A stretch of 64,000 bases of DNA, from positions 5,343,858-5,407,857 of the forward strand of contig NC_068982.1 in NCBI RefSeq assembly GCF_001194135.2, written 5' to 3'. Position numbers and translations under genes: made by a program. Positions within the stretch are counted from its first letter, which is position 1, and each line of letters starts with the position of its first letter. The stretch comes from Octopus bimaculoides. Taxonomy: Eukaryota. The notes under the pieces were generated by a model. It was not told the DNA's origin, did not search any database, and was given only the letters and a program-made list of their open reading frames with translations. Shown piece by piece: positions 11,406 through 24,527 of this stretch.

Positions 11406-12370
11406 ATACTAACTTAATAATGATTTCAAAATTTGACACAAGGCCAGTGATTCTTGGGGAAGGCTAAGTCAATTACATCGACCCCAGTGCATAACTGGTA
11501 CTTATTTAATTGACCCCGAAAGAATGAAAGGCAAAGTCGAGCTTGCAAAGCATCTTGGCCAGTGTGCTAATGGTTCTGTTAGCTCACCATCTTAATAATA
11601 ATAAATGCCTTGATGCAGTACCAGGCAGTGGGTCTCATGACTTCTGATCTTAATTGATTGGAAATGTTATCATGGACATTGTTTTGTCTTGGTATAAAAG
11701 ATNNNNNNNNNNATGACTTCTGATCTTAATTGATTGGAAATGTTATCATGGACATTGTTTTGTCTTGGTATAAAAGATGGGCTACAGCAAATATTCTGCT
11801 CAATACCACAGATTTGCTTGTCAGTTGTTTGACCTTAACCAATTGAGCGTGTCCTTTAGTGGCTGACAATATGTGCATCTCTGATCACCTGCAGAAGTAG
11901 TGGGGGAGCATCATAGCCACGTGTTGAGAGGAATTCTTTGGGGTTTGGATTATTCACCTTTGGAAATATGGGTGTTTTGTTCATCATCTTTAAAACAAAC
12001 CTATTTTCCTATTTTATTTTATTTGAATTTTTAAATATTAGTTTACGTTTTTTGAAGTTACAAGACCCGAAGATTGCCCTCATTCTGAGTGGAACTTATC
12101 TTGATCAATTTATTATAAATTGCCCAGATCTTTTCCATTTTTATGTGGCCACGAAACGCGCGTAGTCTATTATTCACTTCCGTTTTTATAAATTTACTAA
12201 ACTGAATTAAATTTTTAATCTGATATTTTATGGATTTTATGGTTTATAAATTTTCTTTTGGATTTTATAGTTTTTTTAAATCAGTATTTTGAAGGGTATG
12301 TTTTTCTTGATGGTGGCTGACCTCCTTCATTGCTTGAGTTGCACCTTGTGGTTCTTCTCTAAATTATTAA

Positions 12371-12406
<36 letters not shown>

Positions 12407-12761
12407 CACACACACTCACACACACACCTACATGTGTGTGTATTTATGTTTGACCCCCACCACTGCTTGACAACCAATGTTGGTGTGTTTGCATCCCCAT
12501 CACTTTAGCAGCTCAGCAAAAGAGACCAACAGAATAAGTACCAGGCTTTACAAACAGAAAAACAGTATCAGGGTTGACTCATTTGACTAAAAATTCTTCA
12601 AGGTGGTGCTCTAGCATGGCTGCAGTCTAATGACTGAAACAAGTAAAAGATAAAAGATATTCTCTGCATGAGATTATATTATTTGTTTATCTTTATTTTT
12701 TTAATTTACTGGAACATGTTATATGAATTTTTGATACTTCTATTGGCAGTGAACGTATAAG

Positions 12762-13859
12762 GCTCCTTGCCAACAATTAGCTTTGTTACGACATTCAATT
12801 GCTATTGGTAACAAACATTTTCCAAACTGTGTCTCACATAATTCAAAAATAAGGGTACTTAATGAGTTTATATTAAGTCTAAGCAGACAACAAAAAATAT
12901 TTCCATTGAGATTTCATAACAGTGACATGTTAAAGTGCATTTGTATTTAAGAATCTATCCAAGACAAAGGTCATAGAATAATGGAAGGTAAGCTTCTAAA
13001 AGCTGTGTCTGCAAGTTGGTTTTGATTATTTCTTAAAAGTTACTTCAGTTTATGCCATGAACACAGGAATGGTTTGAAGGTAAAAAAATCAGAAATTCCA
13101 CTTTTTCCACCTTTATGTAGTTATAGATGCCATCCATGTATCTGCTCTACAGCAAGATACCTTTATCTCTCTTTTCTATGCCTTAAATCTCTCAACTGGT
13201 GTAAGGGCACAGACCCCCCTCACTCCCAGATGAAAGACTTTTTTTTTGTCTTTGCAAAGCACTTGGTGATTCTGCTGGTGTCAAGTGAAAAGCACCCAGT
13301 ACACTCTGTAAAGTGGTCGGCATTGGGAAGGGTGTCTAGCCATAGAAACCATAGAAAAACAGACAATGGAACCTGGTGCGGGTTTTGGCCTTGCAAGCTC
13401 TGGTCAAATTGTCCAATGTGTGCCAGCATGGAAGACAGACATTAAATGTTGATGACAACAATGATAATGACGACGACGATGATGACAGCGATGACGACAA
13501 TAGTATGTGAGTTGTCTTCTTTATATACGAATGATATGTATATATGCATAGTGAATGCTATGCATACATAAGTGAGTTTGTTGTTTCCATTTTAAATGCT
13601 ATTTCTTATAATAACAATGCTGTCAAGTGATATTTAAAGAGTGAACATGAGTTTGAAGGCATGTAACTCTGCATACCTCAGTCTGACATGAGGCTTTTCT
13701 TCTGCTTAACATTTAAGAGGTAAGAAAGTATCCAATTATACATTTGGAGCAATGGATTACATTGGATACAGAACAAGAATTCTTGATGGTATTTAGTTTG
13801 GTGAATAAAAACCAGGACCCAAGGAAGCTGGTGGTAGTCAGTTGGTTAGAAATTATTTT
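12762..13859 (+). CDS. Putative exon cluster of an unidentified protein (12762-12807, 12952-12987, 13121-13200, ~13720-13859)
   Basis: GT-AG bounded, phase-compatible, stop-free segments give APCQQLALLRHSIAI-ESIQDKGHRIME-VIDAIHVSALQQDTFISLFYALNLSTG-VRKYPIIHLEQWITLDTEQEFLMVFSLVNKNQDPRKLVVVSWLEII. No recognised homology, and the splice choices are ambiguous. Confidence 0.25.
13275..13500 (+). mobile_element. RTE 3' tail
   Basis: AAAGCACCCAGTACACTCTG...CCAGCATGGAAGACAGACATTAAATG followed by a degenerate (GAT/GAC)n tail. Confidence 0.7.
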
Positions 13860-13965
13860 GTAAGTTTTGCAAATTTGGAAAAGTTTGAAAAGATATGAAC
13901 GCTGATATTTCAGGCAAAACTGTTTCATTTAATGTTTGCCAAACTGAGTTCAAATTTTTTCACCA

Positions 13966-14312
13966 TACAGGTATAGCTGTGTGGTAAGAAGCTTGTCTCC
14001 GAACCACATGGTCCTGGGTTCATTCCCACTGCGTAGCACATTGGGCAAGTGCCTTCTGCAATGGCCTTCATCTAACCAAAGCCTTTTGAGTGGTGGATTT
14101 GGTACTGAAAATGAAAGAAGCCTGCCTTTCTGTGTGTCCCTCACCATTGCATGACATCTGATGTTGGTGTATTTACGTAACCGTAACCTAACAGACTCCT
14201 ACAATAAAGACCAGGCTTAAAAGGAAAAAAAAAAAATTGATTCATTTGACTAAAAACTTCTTCAAGGTGGTGCCCCAGCATGGCCACAGTCTAACGACCA
14301 GAGCAAGTAAAA
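13966..14312 (+). mobile_element. SINE family A
   Basis: Head and tail match 46681-47090. Confidence 0.75.
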
Positions 14313-14499
14313 GGTAACAAATTAAAGATATATTTTTATGAAGTAATTATTAGTAACGTAGAGCCACATCTAACATCACTATGATAACTTAGTGTAGTGG
14401 AGCCACACCCAAGGGAGCATTTATGTGTTTACAAGACTTGTTAGAAATAACGACCGAATTTCCCTCAAATCACAAGGAAGGTTTTCACAGAGGCAATAG

Positions 14500-15545
14500 T
14501 TCTCTCTGTATGTGTGACATACCAGTTAAACAAGGATCTCTTGCAAGTATGGTAAACCAGAGATCATTCTAAGATAATCGGCAGTACCCTTTTCATTCAT
14601 TCCTTGTTTTCCTACAATCACAGGTATTGCAATCACCTCGAGATGCCAGTAAGGAAAATCTTTATATTTTCTGAACTGGTCAAATTCTCTTGCTACAATA
14701 TCTTGATCACAAGGGATACTCATGTCCATCATTAAACAGATTTTATTATTTTGGTTTTTTACAACAATATCCTGTTTATTAACTTTGATGGTTCGGTCTG
14801 TATATACTGCAAAGTCCCAAAGAATCGTTACATTTTCTTCCTCAGTTACAGCCTCAGTGAGATGTTTATACCACTTGTCAGTTTTGACTTTATAATACCA
14901 ACATATTAAGCAGTGTAGATATTGGTCAGTTCTGTTACATGTCTTGATTTATGCTCTCCCAGTGTTAAAACCAAGATTAAGTGGTCCAGTATTTCAGTTT
15001 CAGTCACTTCATTGCAGAAGCAGCACTTTGGAATTACTCCGTTTTTTTATCACATTGGCTTGGTAGTTCCTGGTCAGTAAGCTTCGATCTTGACCAGCTA
15101 AAATAAACCCTTGATTCTCTGCCTTCAGTTCCATAGCCACTGATGGGTGTGCTTCTGGTCAACATCAGCATCTTTGCTATGGACCACATATTTGCTGTGC
15201 AGAGGTTTCTATTCCCACCTTCCAACCAACTGTTCATGCGTTTTTTTTTTTGTTTTCCCATTAATTTTACTTTCTTAGCAACAACAGTTGCTGTTCAGCA
15301 CTTGAGAATCATGCATGAAACCAGTAGCAAATTTTTTGCTCTCCTTCAAGACAGAATGAAAGTTCTTATGCCTCTCATGATTTTCAACAAATTTAAGCAT
15401 CCAGTTTTTAGTTGTTTCAAGATATTTGGCCAGTCCAGTTGTGGTGATTCTATAAGAAAGTTCAAACTGGATCAAGCTTCAGTCTCTCTGGAAAGGTAAA
15501 GACGATGCATGATTGCCTTTGGGTGGTGCATCTTATTACATGTTA
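14500..15545 (-). mobile_element. R4/Dong-like (RLE-type) non-LTR retrotransposon 3' fragment, degenerate
   Basis: Translated pieces in the expected order: IQFELSYRITTTGLAKYLETTKNWMLKFVENHER; DVDQKHTHQWL; KCCFCNEVTETEILDHL (zinc-knuckle remnant); KWYKHLTEAVTEEENVTILWDFAVYTDRTIKVNKQDIVVK...MDMSIPCDQ...WHLEVIAIPVIVGKQG (restriction-like endonuclease). Multiple frameshifts. Confidence 0.85.
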
Positions 15546-15789
15546 TTAATAACAAGATGGTGGATTAATAAAAATTATTTGAGCATCAGACAAAATGCTT
15601 TGTGATATTTAGTCGTAAGCTTTTATATTTTAAGTTCAAATCCATTTGAGGTCAAATTTGCTTTTTTGCATCCTTCAGTGATAAATCAAAATACCTGTCA
15701 AGAATTGGAGTCATGGCTGCATCCTACACCAGTTTCGCATAACCAACCTGTTCAAAAATACCTTGGCTTGTAGGACGACCTGCTGTGCT

Positions 15790-16040
15790 TGAGGAGATCT
15801 ATTGAGTCAAGTGCATCAAAATCAAATGGAAATTGTAGTTGTGATCCCCGTGCTGGTGGCATGTAAAAAGCACCAACCGATCGTGGTTGCTGCCAGCCTC
15901 CTCTGGCCCCTGTAGTGGTGGCACATAAAAAGTACCCACTACACTCACGGAGTGGTTGGCATTAGGAAGGGCATCTAGCTGTAGAAACATTGCTGGATCA
16001 GACTGGAGTCTGGTGCAGTCTCCTAGCTTCCCAGACCCCA
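15790..16040 (+). mobile_element. RTE 3' tail
   Basis: Ends GCATGGAAAACAGACGTTAAACGGTGATGATGATGAT. Confidence 0.8.
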
Positions 16041-16669
16041 ATCGAACTGTCCAACACATGACAGCATGGAAAACAGACGTTAAACGGTGATGATGATGAT
16101 AATTATTCCCAGCCTCCTAATTTGAAGCATTCTACCTGTTACTATTGTTGTAAATATTTTTGGCATTGACTTGTAAAGTAAAAACGAACATTAATCTTTT
16201 CAAATATTCTTATCTACTTTTATGCTTCATTCTCTGGAATGCTTTATTCTAATGAAGAAATGAAATTTCCCAAACAAACTGTCTGAAAATTATAGAGAAG
16301 ATAAATGCTAGATTTAAAAATTGAATTATTAAAAGTAGACACAGGAAACAACAGAGTATTTTATAATTATTTCATGAAGAAAAGAGAGAAAAGTGGAACA
16401 TAACTTCAAGCAAGGCTTCTCTCCTGAATAAAGAACACGAGTAAGCCAATGAGTGTGTATTACAAAGAAGATTGTAACCAATTTAAGAAATACAATCTAT
16501 TATTTTGTATGACAATGGTGATTCATTTGGTTTCTTGGAAGACAATAGTCAAATAAATTCAACAAAGAAGCATGTAGAAAAGCAACCCTAACATACACTT
16601 AGCTACACACAAATTTGGCTAGGATTAAAACATTTTCCTTAATATTTCCTACATGATTATTATTATTGT

Positions 16670-17001
16670 TATTATAACCTCTGCCTTAGCGAAGGCAGAG
16701 GTATTGTTTTCAGTTGTGTTTGTTTTTTTGTCCATGGACAAGATATCTCAAGAACTGCTGGATGGATTCAGATGAAACTTTCAGGGATGTTTGGCCTCAT
16801 GACTGGCATGAACTGATTAGATTATGGGATCGATCCGATACCAGATTATTTTACCTCTATTTTTACTTAATTTTTGAGAGTGGTCAGGTTCATTTTCAGT
16901 ATTCTCGTTTGTGAGAGCAGCCAAGTTTATTTCAAATAGTCTCATTTTAATAATCCTCTCTGCCGGATTGTTGAGAGGATGTTTGTGCTCTCTGAGTGCT
17001 C

Positions 17002-17006
<5 letters not shown>
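16670..17006 (+). mobile_element. Helentron-associated non-autonomous element (HINE/DINE-1-like)
   Basis: 5' hairpin ACCTCTGCCT-TAGCGA-AGGCAGAGGT (16677-16702), GTTTGT-rich segment, CAAGATATCTCAAGAAC...GATGAAACTTTCAGG core, 3' hairpin GTGCTCTCTGAGTGC then TCTTGTT, T-rich flanks. Confidence 0.65.
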
Positions 17007-17043
<37 letters not shown>

Positions 17044-17214
17044 TTTCAACTCGATGTAGATTGTTGGTTTCCCTTGGATCTCATAAAATAAATTTGCCAA
17101 TATCTTGCTTGATCATTCCCAGGTTACCCACAACAACAACAGGGATAATTTTGGTTTTTAATTGCCACGTCATAGATTTCACAATCTCAAGGTCCTTGTA
17201 TTTCAATCATCCTC

Positions 17215-17815
17215 CTCATTGTTTAATGTACACTTTCCATGCTAGCATGGGTTGGATGATTTGACTGAGGACTGGTAAACCAGATGGCTGCACCATACTC
17301 CAATCTGATCTGGCAAGGTTTCTACAGCTAGATGCCCTTCCTAACGCCAACCACTCTGAGAGTGTAGTGGGTACTTTTACGTGCCACCGGCACGAGAGTC
17401 AGTCAGGTGGTTCTGGCAACGACCATGCTCGAATGTTGTTTTTTCATGTGCCAGTTAGGCGACGCTGGCAATGATCACACTCGAATGGTGCTTTTTACAT
17501 GCCACTGGTACAGGAGTCAATCAGCGTCCCTTGCAATGATCACTCTCGGATGGTGCTTTTAACATTACACTGGCACGAGTGCCAATCAGGCAGTACTGTC
17601 ATTGGCCATATCAGCGATTTTGATTTCACTTGCCTCAACAGGTCTTCGCAAGCAAAGTTTATTGTCCAATGAATGAAAGGTACTCATAAGTGGGCTGGTT
17701 ACACCCACTGGCATAGGCTACGGGTTATGGTCTCACTTGTCGGGTCTTCTCAAGCACAGCATATCTCCAAAGGTCTCGTTCACTAGTCATTGCCTCAGTA
17801 AGGCCCAATGTTCTC
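17215..17815 (-). mobile_element. RTE 3' end with tandem 3'UTR subrepeats
   Basis: Tail signature, repeated GGTGCTTTTACRTGCCAC units and an ORF-end remnant at ~17740-17810. Confidence 0.85.
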
Positions 17816-19839
17816 CACTTGATTTATTGAATTTACAGTCCAGCCCTTATCTCACAATTTAGTGAGACTTATAGCTGAGGATCTATAGGAGCCCATACAA
17901 GGCACTGTCAGCCAGAGCCAATTATGTCCAGGAGTCATGTCATGTAAGGTCATCACACCCTGAAGGAACAACTGACATTGTTATCTTTTAATCTGGTGAA
18001 ATAATTATAATATTCTAAGCAATAGCGAAAGAATGAAGAGGTTATGTAACAGACTACTTGTCTGTGGATTATGAATGTAGCAGAGATTCAACCAATCAGC
18101 ATCAAGCCATCATGTGATTCAATCTCCTTGAATCTTCTCCTCCTCCTTATGTCCTATAAAAGGTCACTTTTGGCAGTGATTAATTGCAGAATGTTGAGGC
18201 AGCTGTATGACATGTGTCTCCATTGTTGCCACATCAGACAGTCAAGAATGGAGACACATTATCAGCTAAGATAGATGACAGGGACCTTCATCACCATAAA
18301 TATAGCATAATTGTTTTCAGCTTCATTAGGCAAGCTGTATGTTGCCGTATCAATAGCTTGTTGTAAACTCGAAGCAGTATCTCTCACCCAATCTGGAATC
18401 ATTGCTGTTGTTATCTGTAAAAGACTCGCACAGTATCACTTTTTTGTGCGATAATTAAATCTTCTGTGAAACATTCACAGTTGTTGCTCAGTTAATTCTT
18501 TATGCAGCCCCCATGAAACATCTTTTCGTTCATCAACTCAACCAGTTATCACCACGGATCAGCCAACAACAACACTCAACTAATATCCCAAGCAACCAAT
18601 ACGTCTTTCGTTGATACCAGCTGATAATCGTTCAGTTAAAATCTAACTCATCCACTGCAACTACAGTGACTTTTGCTTCTCAGAACTAATAAGCAAACTG
18701 TTTCCCCACTTCACCCAAGACTACTTTTTCTCTTGTCATCTGTATTCTCGCTCACATCATACATAAACTGAAGTTCAGCCACATTTCTATAACCCATCTA
18801 GGAATGCATGAAAGGGCCTTAGATGCTGCCTCTCTTCCTCTCACAAAACATGGAAACAAGCACTGAGTGTATAGCGAAAGGAAAACTGTTTCACCAGGAA
18901 TTGATAATAGATCAGATGCTAATCTTTTAACTCCTTGGCAACTCAATGGTTAAATAGTCAATTGAATCATCAGAAATATTAACTTATTTCCAATTTCGTA
19001 TTTCCACAATTCTAGACATGCAAAAGTTGGTTTCCTTTTGTTTTGTCTGTCTCAATAATGTAATGATCATTACATCAGTCTAATAATACTCTTAAAATAA
19101 ATATTTTTATTTGGTAAAAAAAAAAAAATTATTATTGGGTTCAATATACAATGTTAAAAGCAAATATTTATTGTTATAACTAAAGTGAAGTAAATTGAGA
19201 TTTGTAGACTTGCTTTTAAAGAATCATATGAATATAAAAAAAATTGTTATAAATTGTAAAAAATTATTATTATGAGATCATTGTCATCAACCCTGCCACC
19301 ACCATCCTCCTCTTCTTTGTCATCTTCATCATCATCATCATTAGTTAGAGAGTAGGCTAAATAAAAAAAAATTTGCATAAACACTTTCTATTTGTTATCA
19401 GCATATATAAATACGAATGTATGCTTGTCTCGTGGTGTAAGTAAGCAAAACTGTTCTATTGTAATTATAGGAAATGATTTTAAAGATAACACTAAAATTA
19501 TCAATTCAAGGGAAAAATAAGATGTAAACTTTGTTATGAGGAGAAGCAAAAAAAAAAAAACTTTTAAGAGTAAAAATTAAGATAAAATAAATAAAAGTAG
19601 CGATAATGTATGTTGAATCTTGGATAAGATATATCTCTCTAATTGGTTTGGTAAAATATTTACCACACTCATTTCATGGATGGATTGTTTCTAATAATAA
19701 GGCAAATTTAATCACTGGAGCACTTTACTCTACCTTACTTTAACTCTAAGTGGCTCAACTCGTAAACACTAATTTCTTTGGAGCAAGCTTTGCTAGCATA
19801 TCAAAAGTTTATTGTTTCAAATTCATAGCTTTCTCAATC

Positions 19840-20495
19840 ATCATCATCATCATTATCGTTTAATGTCTGTTTTCCATGCTGGCAAGGGTTGAACAGTTTG
19901 AGGTCTGGAGAGCCAGCAGTTGCACCAGGCTCCAATCTGATCTGGCAATGTTTCTACTGCTGGATGCCCTTCCTAACGCCAACCACTCCAAGAGTGTAGC
20001 GGGTGCTTTTTACGTGCCACCAGTACAGGAGCCAGTCAGATGGCACTGGCATCAGCCACGTTCGGATGGTGCTTTTTACGTGCCACAGCTGGGGTGGCAT
20101 TGATCACATTCGGATGGTGCTTTTTATGTTGCACTGGCATGGGGAGCCAGTCAGGCAGCTCTGGCAGCGGCCCACACATGAATGGTGCTTATTGCATGCC
20201 ACCAGCACTGGTTACATCTACAACTACAATTTCCATTTGATTTGATTTACTTGACTCAATAGTTCTCGTCAAGCATGGCATGTTGCCTGACCGTTTGAAG
20301 GTACTTTTTAAATGGGCTGGTTATGTAACACTGGTGTAGGCTACAGCTGTGATCTCACTTTCCTTGCCTGGTCTTCTCAGTCACAGCATATCTCCAGAGG
20401 TCTCAGTCTTTCGTCATTGCCCCTGTGAGACCCAACATTCGAAGGTCATGCTTCACCACCTCATCCCATGTCTTCCTCGGTCTCCCTCTTCCACA
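19840..20495 (-). mobile_element. RTE 3' end including the ORF C-terminus
   Basis: Reverse complement encodes GRGRPRKTWDEVVKHDLRMLGLTGAMTKD*DLWRYAVTEKTRQGK*, followed by UTR subrepeats and a (GAT)n tail. Confidence 0.9.
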
Positions 20496-20929
20496 GGTTC
20501 CAATATTTTTTTTAAAAATTCATTAAGAAAAATAAACTAATCCGTGTCTCTCTGGATCTTCCCTAAGATAATCATTTGAGTTCAGTAGAATTAGTGTTCA
20601 GCTTGAATTGTTCCAAGTTGGTGGAGAGAAAACATGAGTAGGACAGTAAAATAAAAATAATACGAGGCCTTGGTTGTGGTGTAAAAGGTTCTGGTGCCAT
20701 CAAGAAGCAAGATTTGAACAGAAATTCTGATATCAGCGGACTCGTTTTTTGATTAATATCATTATTTTCCTATCCTGAGGAAAATCTCTTCATATGGGAA
20801 AGATTTGGCACATTTAATAGAACCAATTTAAGATACACCATCGATGTCCTACAAAGGACCAGGCTTTATCTGATGAGCTTATTCACAACTGGTTTCAACA
20901 GAGGAGGGCTCTTTTATCTATAACACTTG

Positions 20930-21305
20930 TTTCAGTCACTAGACTGAGGCCATGCTAGGGCACTACCTTGAAGAATTTTTAGTCGAATGAGTTGACCCCA
21001 GTACTTTGTTTTTAAGCCTGGTACTTATTCCATCAGTCTCTTTTGCTGAACTGCTAAGTTATGGGGATGTAAACACACCAACACTGGTTGTCAAGTGGTG
21101 GTGAGGTACAAACACAGACACACACACATATATGTATATACACATGTACATGATGGGCTTTTTTCAGTTTCCATCTATCAAATCTATTCACAAGGCTTTA
21201 GTCAGCCCAAGACTATAGCAGAAGACACTTGCCCAAGATGTCACGCAGTGGGACTGAACCCGGAACCATGTGGTTGGGGAGTAAACTCCATGCCTCACAG
21301 CCACA
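20930..21305 (-). mobile_element. SINE family A
   Basis: Reverse complement of the 46681-47090 pattern. Confidence 0.8.
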
Positions 21306-22479
21306 CTTTTACTTGTATGTGGAGGATGGTTTTAAGATGACTTTGTAGTACTTGCAGACCATGTAAACTCATAAAGTACCTCAATTAAGCCCTCAAAGAA
21401 ACTTCTAAGTTGTCAATTAACTTGCTAGAAATAACAGGAAAATGACCCTCAGCTTACACTCTACCATATTGAAAACAGATAACGTAGTATGAGGTATGCA
21501 ATGCTCAGGCAGATGAGGTGTTCATGGTAGGAATGTCTTTTGTCATGAAGTAGACTCCATTAGGGTTTATTTGGAGCAAAACGACAGAGCATGTCAAGTG
21601 AGTCGCATGATGTACTGAGGACAGAGGCAAGGGTCAGAACATCGGAACCAACTGAATGGGTTTGGTATGAGAAAGGACACTATTATGGGATGAGACATTC
21701 ATAACTGACACACAATAACTGCAGAAACTTGGACGAAAGAACCGGTCCATGTAATGCTTATTGTTAATAGAATAAGTGAAACCAGTTGTGACATTAGCTT
21801 AATATGGCTACCTTTCTTGAAAGATAAATATAAATTATCTTAAGCTGTAGCATAAACTGTACATGAATATCTGTGGCCAGAAGATAAGAATTTTATTATA
21901 TTAGTTTAGAAATAAACATTCTTAGAGATAATACATTTCTAAATCTCTCTGAGAGATTTAGAAATATATTATTTCTATTTTCAAAAATCAGTGAATGTAT
22001 TTCACTTGAAATATATTTTCAAAGGCAGATGGGCATCGACAGATAGCAAGCCACGCCCTTTTGTTGTTTTTTGAGGAGTTCTGGGCGAGATTTTTTTTGT
22101 GCGGGGGCTGCTGGAGGTCGAGTTCCCCTAGACCCGCATGTGCTGGGGCTGGAGATGATAGGGTGGAATGAGGAAAAGATAACCAAGTATTGTGGTATGA
22201 TAGGGGAGGAGGGGTGAAATATAGGGGTGACCCTGCCAGGGGAGGAGGGATGGAGAGCAGGACGGTTGTGTTCAGAACATTTTCGAATGTAAATGGGAGA
22301 ATAAAGTTGTAATTTTATTCATTTCACATTCATCCTTTCATGTGTTTTTTTTTATTCCCGCATGTCTTTGTATGTCCCCTCTGTAATTAGGCCTTGTGCC
22401 TGCAATAAAGAATTAAGCTAGCAAACCATGCTACTCCAGACTGATGATGAGCAATGACTCTGAAACTAGTCTCTGGATG

Positions 22480-22625
22480 CTGGGTGGAGGTGTTTATCTT
22501 CCCCCTTTGTAAACATAAAGACACAGGAAATATGTCAAGGCTGACAGGAAGCAGTGCTTCCTAGGGCTAAATAACAGTAGCATTCTTCTCTTTCATGGGA
22601 CAGTCACATTAAGTGGACAACAAAC
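22480..22625 (+). mobile_element. Half copy of the long-TIR MITE at 37498-37830
   Basis: TGTAAACATAAAGACACAGGAAA...GACAGGAAGCAGTGC...GGGACAGTCACATTAAG is shared. Confidence 0.7.
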
Positions 22626-23029
22626 AATCGCTTTAAAGATTCTTAGTTTAGATTTCAGTCTAGTGTTTTGTGCACATTCAAGAATGAAATACCCAATAAC
22701 AATCAGAGATCAAACTGAAAATATTGATCACTGACATTGGTACAATTTGGAGAGGACATAGTTTCAGTGACCAGGACTTATTTTATCAACTGCAAATGGA
22801 TGAAAGGCGCATATTACTTTTGTAAGATTTGGACTTAATGTGGAGGGCAGTAAGTATATACTACCAGTCTATTAAACTAATGATTTTGACAGTCCACTGC
22901 CATTAAAGAAAGAAAAAAAAATGTTTAACCTCTAAATATAAGGTTTAATAACATGAAAATTTTTTGCTTATTTCTTAACTTTTCTAGAATTTTCAGTTAA
23001 GATGAAATTACGTTGGTACCAGAATAATT

Positions 23030-23560
23030 GTTCGAACATTGGGCCTCACCGAGGCGATGACTTCTGACCGAGACCTTTGGAAATACACTGTGCGCGAGAA
23101 GACCCGGCAAGCGAAGTGAGACCAAAATCTAAGGCCCAGCCAGCCCACTTATGCGTACCTTCCTTCCTTCATTGGACACTAAATTCCACTTGTGAAGACC
23201 TGTTGAGGCAAGTGAAATCGAAATCGAGTTGCCAGCGCCCCCAGACTGGCTCGTGTGCGGGCGACACATGAAATCTTTCGAGCGGGATCGTTGCCAGTGC
23301 CCCTGGACTGGCTCTTGTGCGGGTGGCACATAAAAGACACCATTTCGAGCGTGGCCGTTTTCGTGCGGGTGACACGTAAAAGCACCCACTACACTCTCTG
23401 AGTGGTTGGCATTAGGAAGGGCATCCAGCTGTAGAAACTCTGCCAAATTAGATTGGAGCCTGGTGTTGCCATCCGGTTTCACCAGTCCTCAGTCAAATCG
23501 TCCAACCCATGCTAGCATGGAAGGCGGACGTTAAACGATGATGATGATGATGAAGATGAT
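23030..23560 (+). mobile_element. 5'-truncated RTE LINE (ORF end, 3'UTR and (GAT)n tail)
   Basis: RTLGLTEAMTSDRDLWKYTVREKTRQAK*, then the UTR and CCCATGCTAGCATGGAAGGCGGACGTTAAAC(GAT)n. Confidence 0.9.
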
Positions 23561-24527
23561 ATTAAGTTTAGAAAAAAAAAAATCATTTTTATGTGTTAAA
23601 ATAAACATTATGCTTACATTAGCTCTTTCAAAGTTCACCATCCATAGAGAGAATCCTGGAATTCATTATAATGAAATCCAGCTCAATACATGGTAAATGT
23701 CTCAAGTTGCAATTGAATATATTCTTCAGCTATGAAAGATTCAGCCATGAAGGTTATACCAAACTCTGTCATTTTATGATTTCTGAATTTAGTTATGCGA
23801 CAAAATTTGTTGTAATCCTTAATAATAATAATTTATATTGAATTCTTAACTACAAACATCATCATCATCATCATTTAATGTCCATTTTCCTTGCTGGCAT
23901 GGGTTGGATGGTTTGACAGGAGCTGGGCAAAGCTGGGAACTACACCACGTTCCATTGTCTGCTTTGGCACGGACAATGGAACAATTTTCATAAATATGTA
24001 TTAACCTTTGCATTGACCTTTTAACCAGAAAATATGACACTTTTATTCCAGTCGCTGTGTCAGCTGAAGCAATGGATAATAAAATGTTCTGTCCAGAAAT
24101 GAGATACCGATAATAAACTAGTAGCTAGATCCCTTAGCTGTTGCACTTCAACTCTAATCACACTCATAATCAATAGTCTCATAATCTTCTGAAGTTTTCA
24201 GTTACTTGCAAACTGTCGCTTTTCATAAAGTGATTCATGGAAGTATATCTGTAGTTTCCAACTGACATCTGCAAAACCATGAGAAGGGAGCTCAGCACTT
24301 CAACGCAATTACACTACTGTGTAAGGCAGCAAGCTAGGAGATTCATTAGCATGCCAGACACAATGGTTAGTGACATTTTGTCTGTTTTTATGTTCTAAGT
24401 TCAAATTTTACCCCACCAACCCATGACCTTTCTTCAGTTTGAACCTGAAAATGGGTGAAGCAGATATTTTCTTAAACATGGTGACATGAATTGGAAATGT
24501 GTTATTTATTGAAACCTGATAGCCATA

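Noticed and set aside
11640-11780. Exact direct repeats flanking the 10-N gaps (also 37625-37730 and 51600-51950)
   Set aside because: Typical unmerged contig overlaps rather than biological duplications
17950-18950. Possible upstream continuation of the R4-like LINE
   Set aside because: Looks like decayed coding sequence but no diagnostic motif could be read
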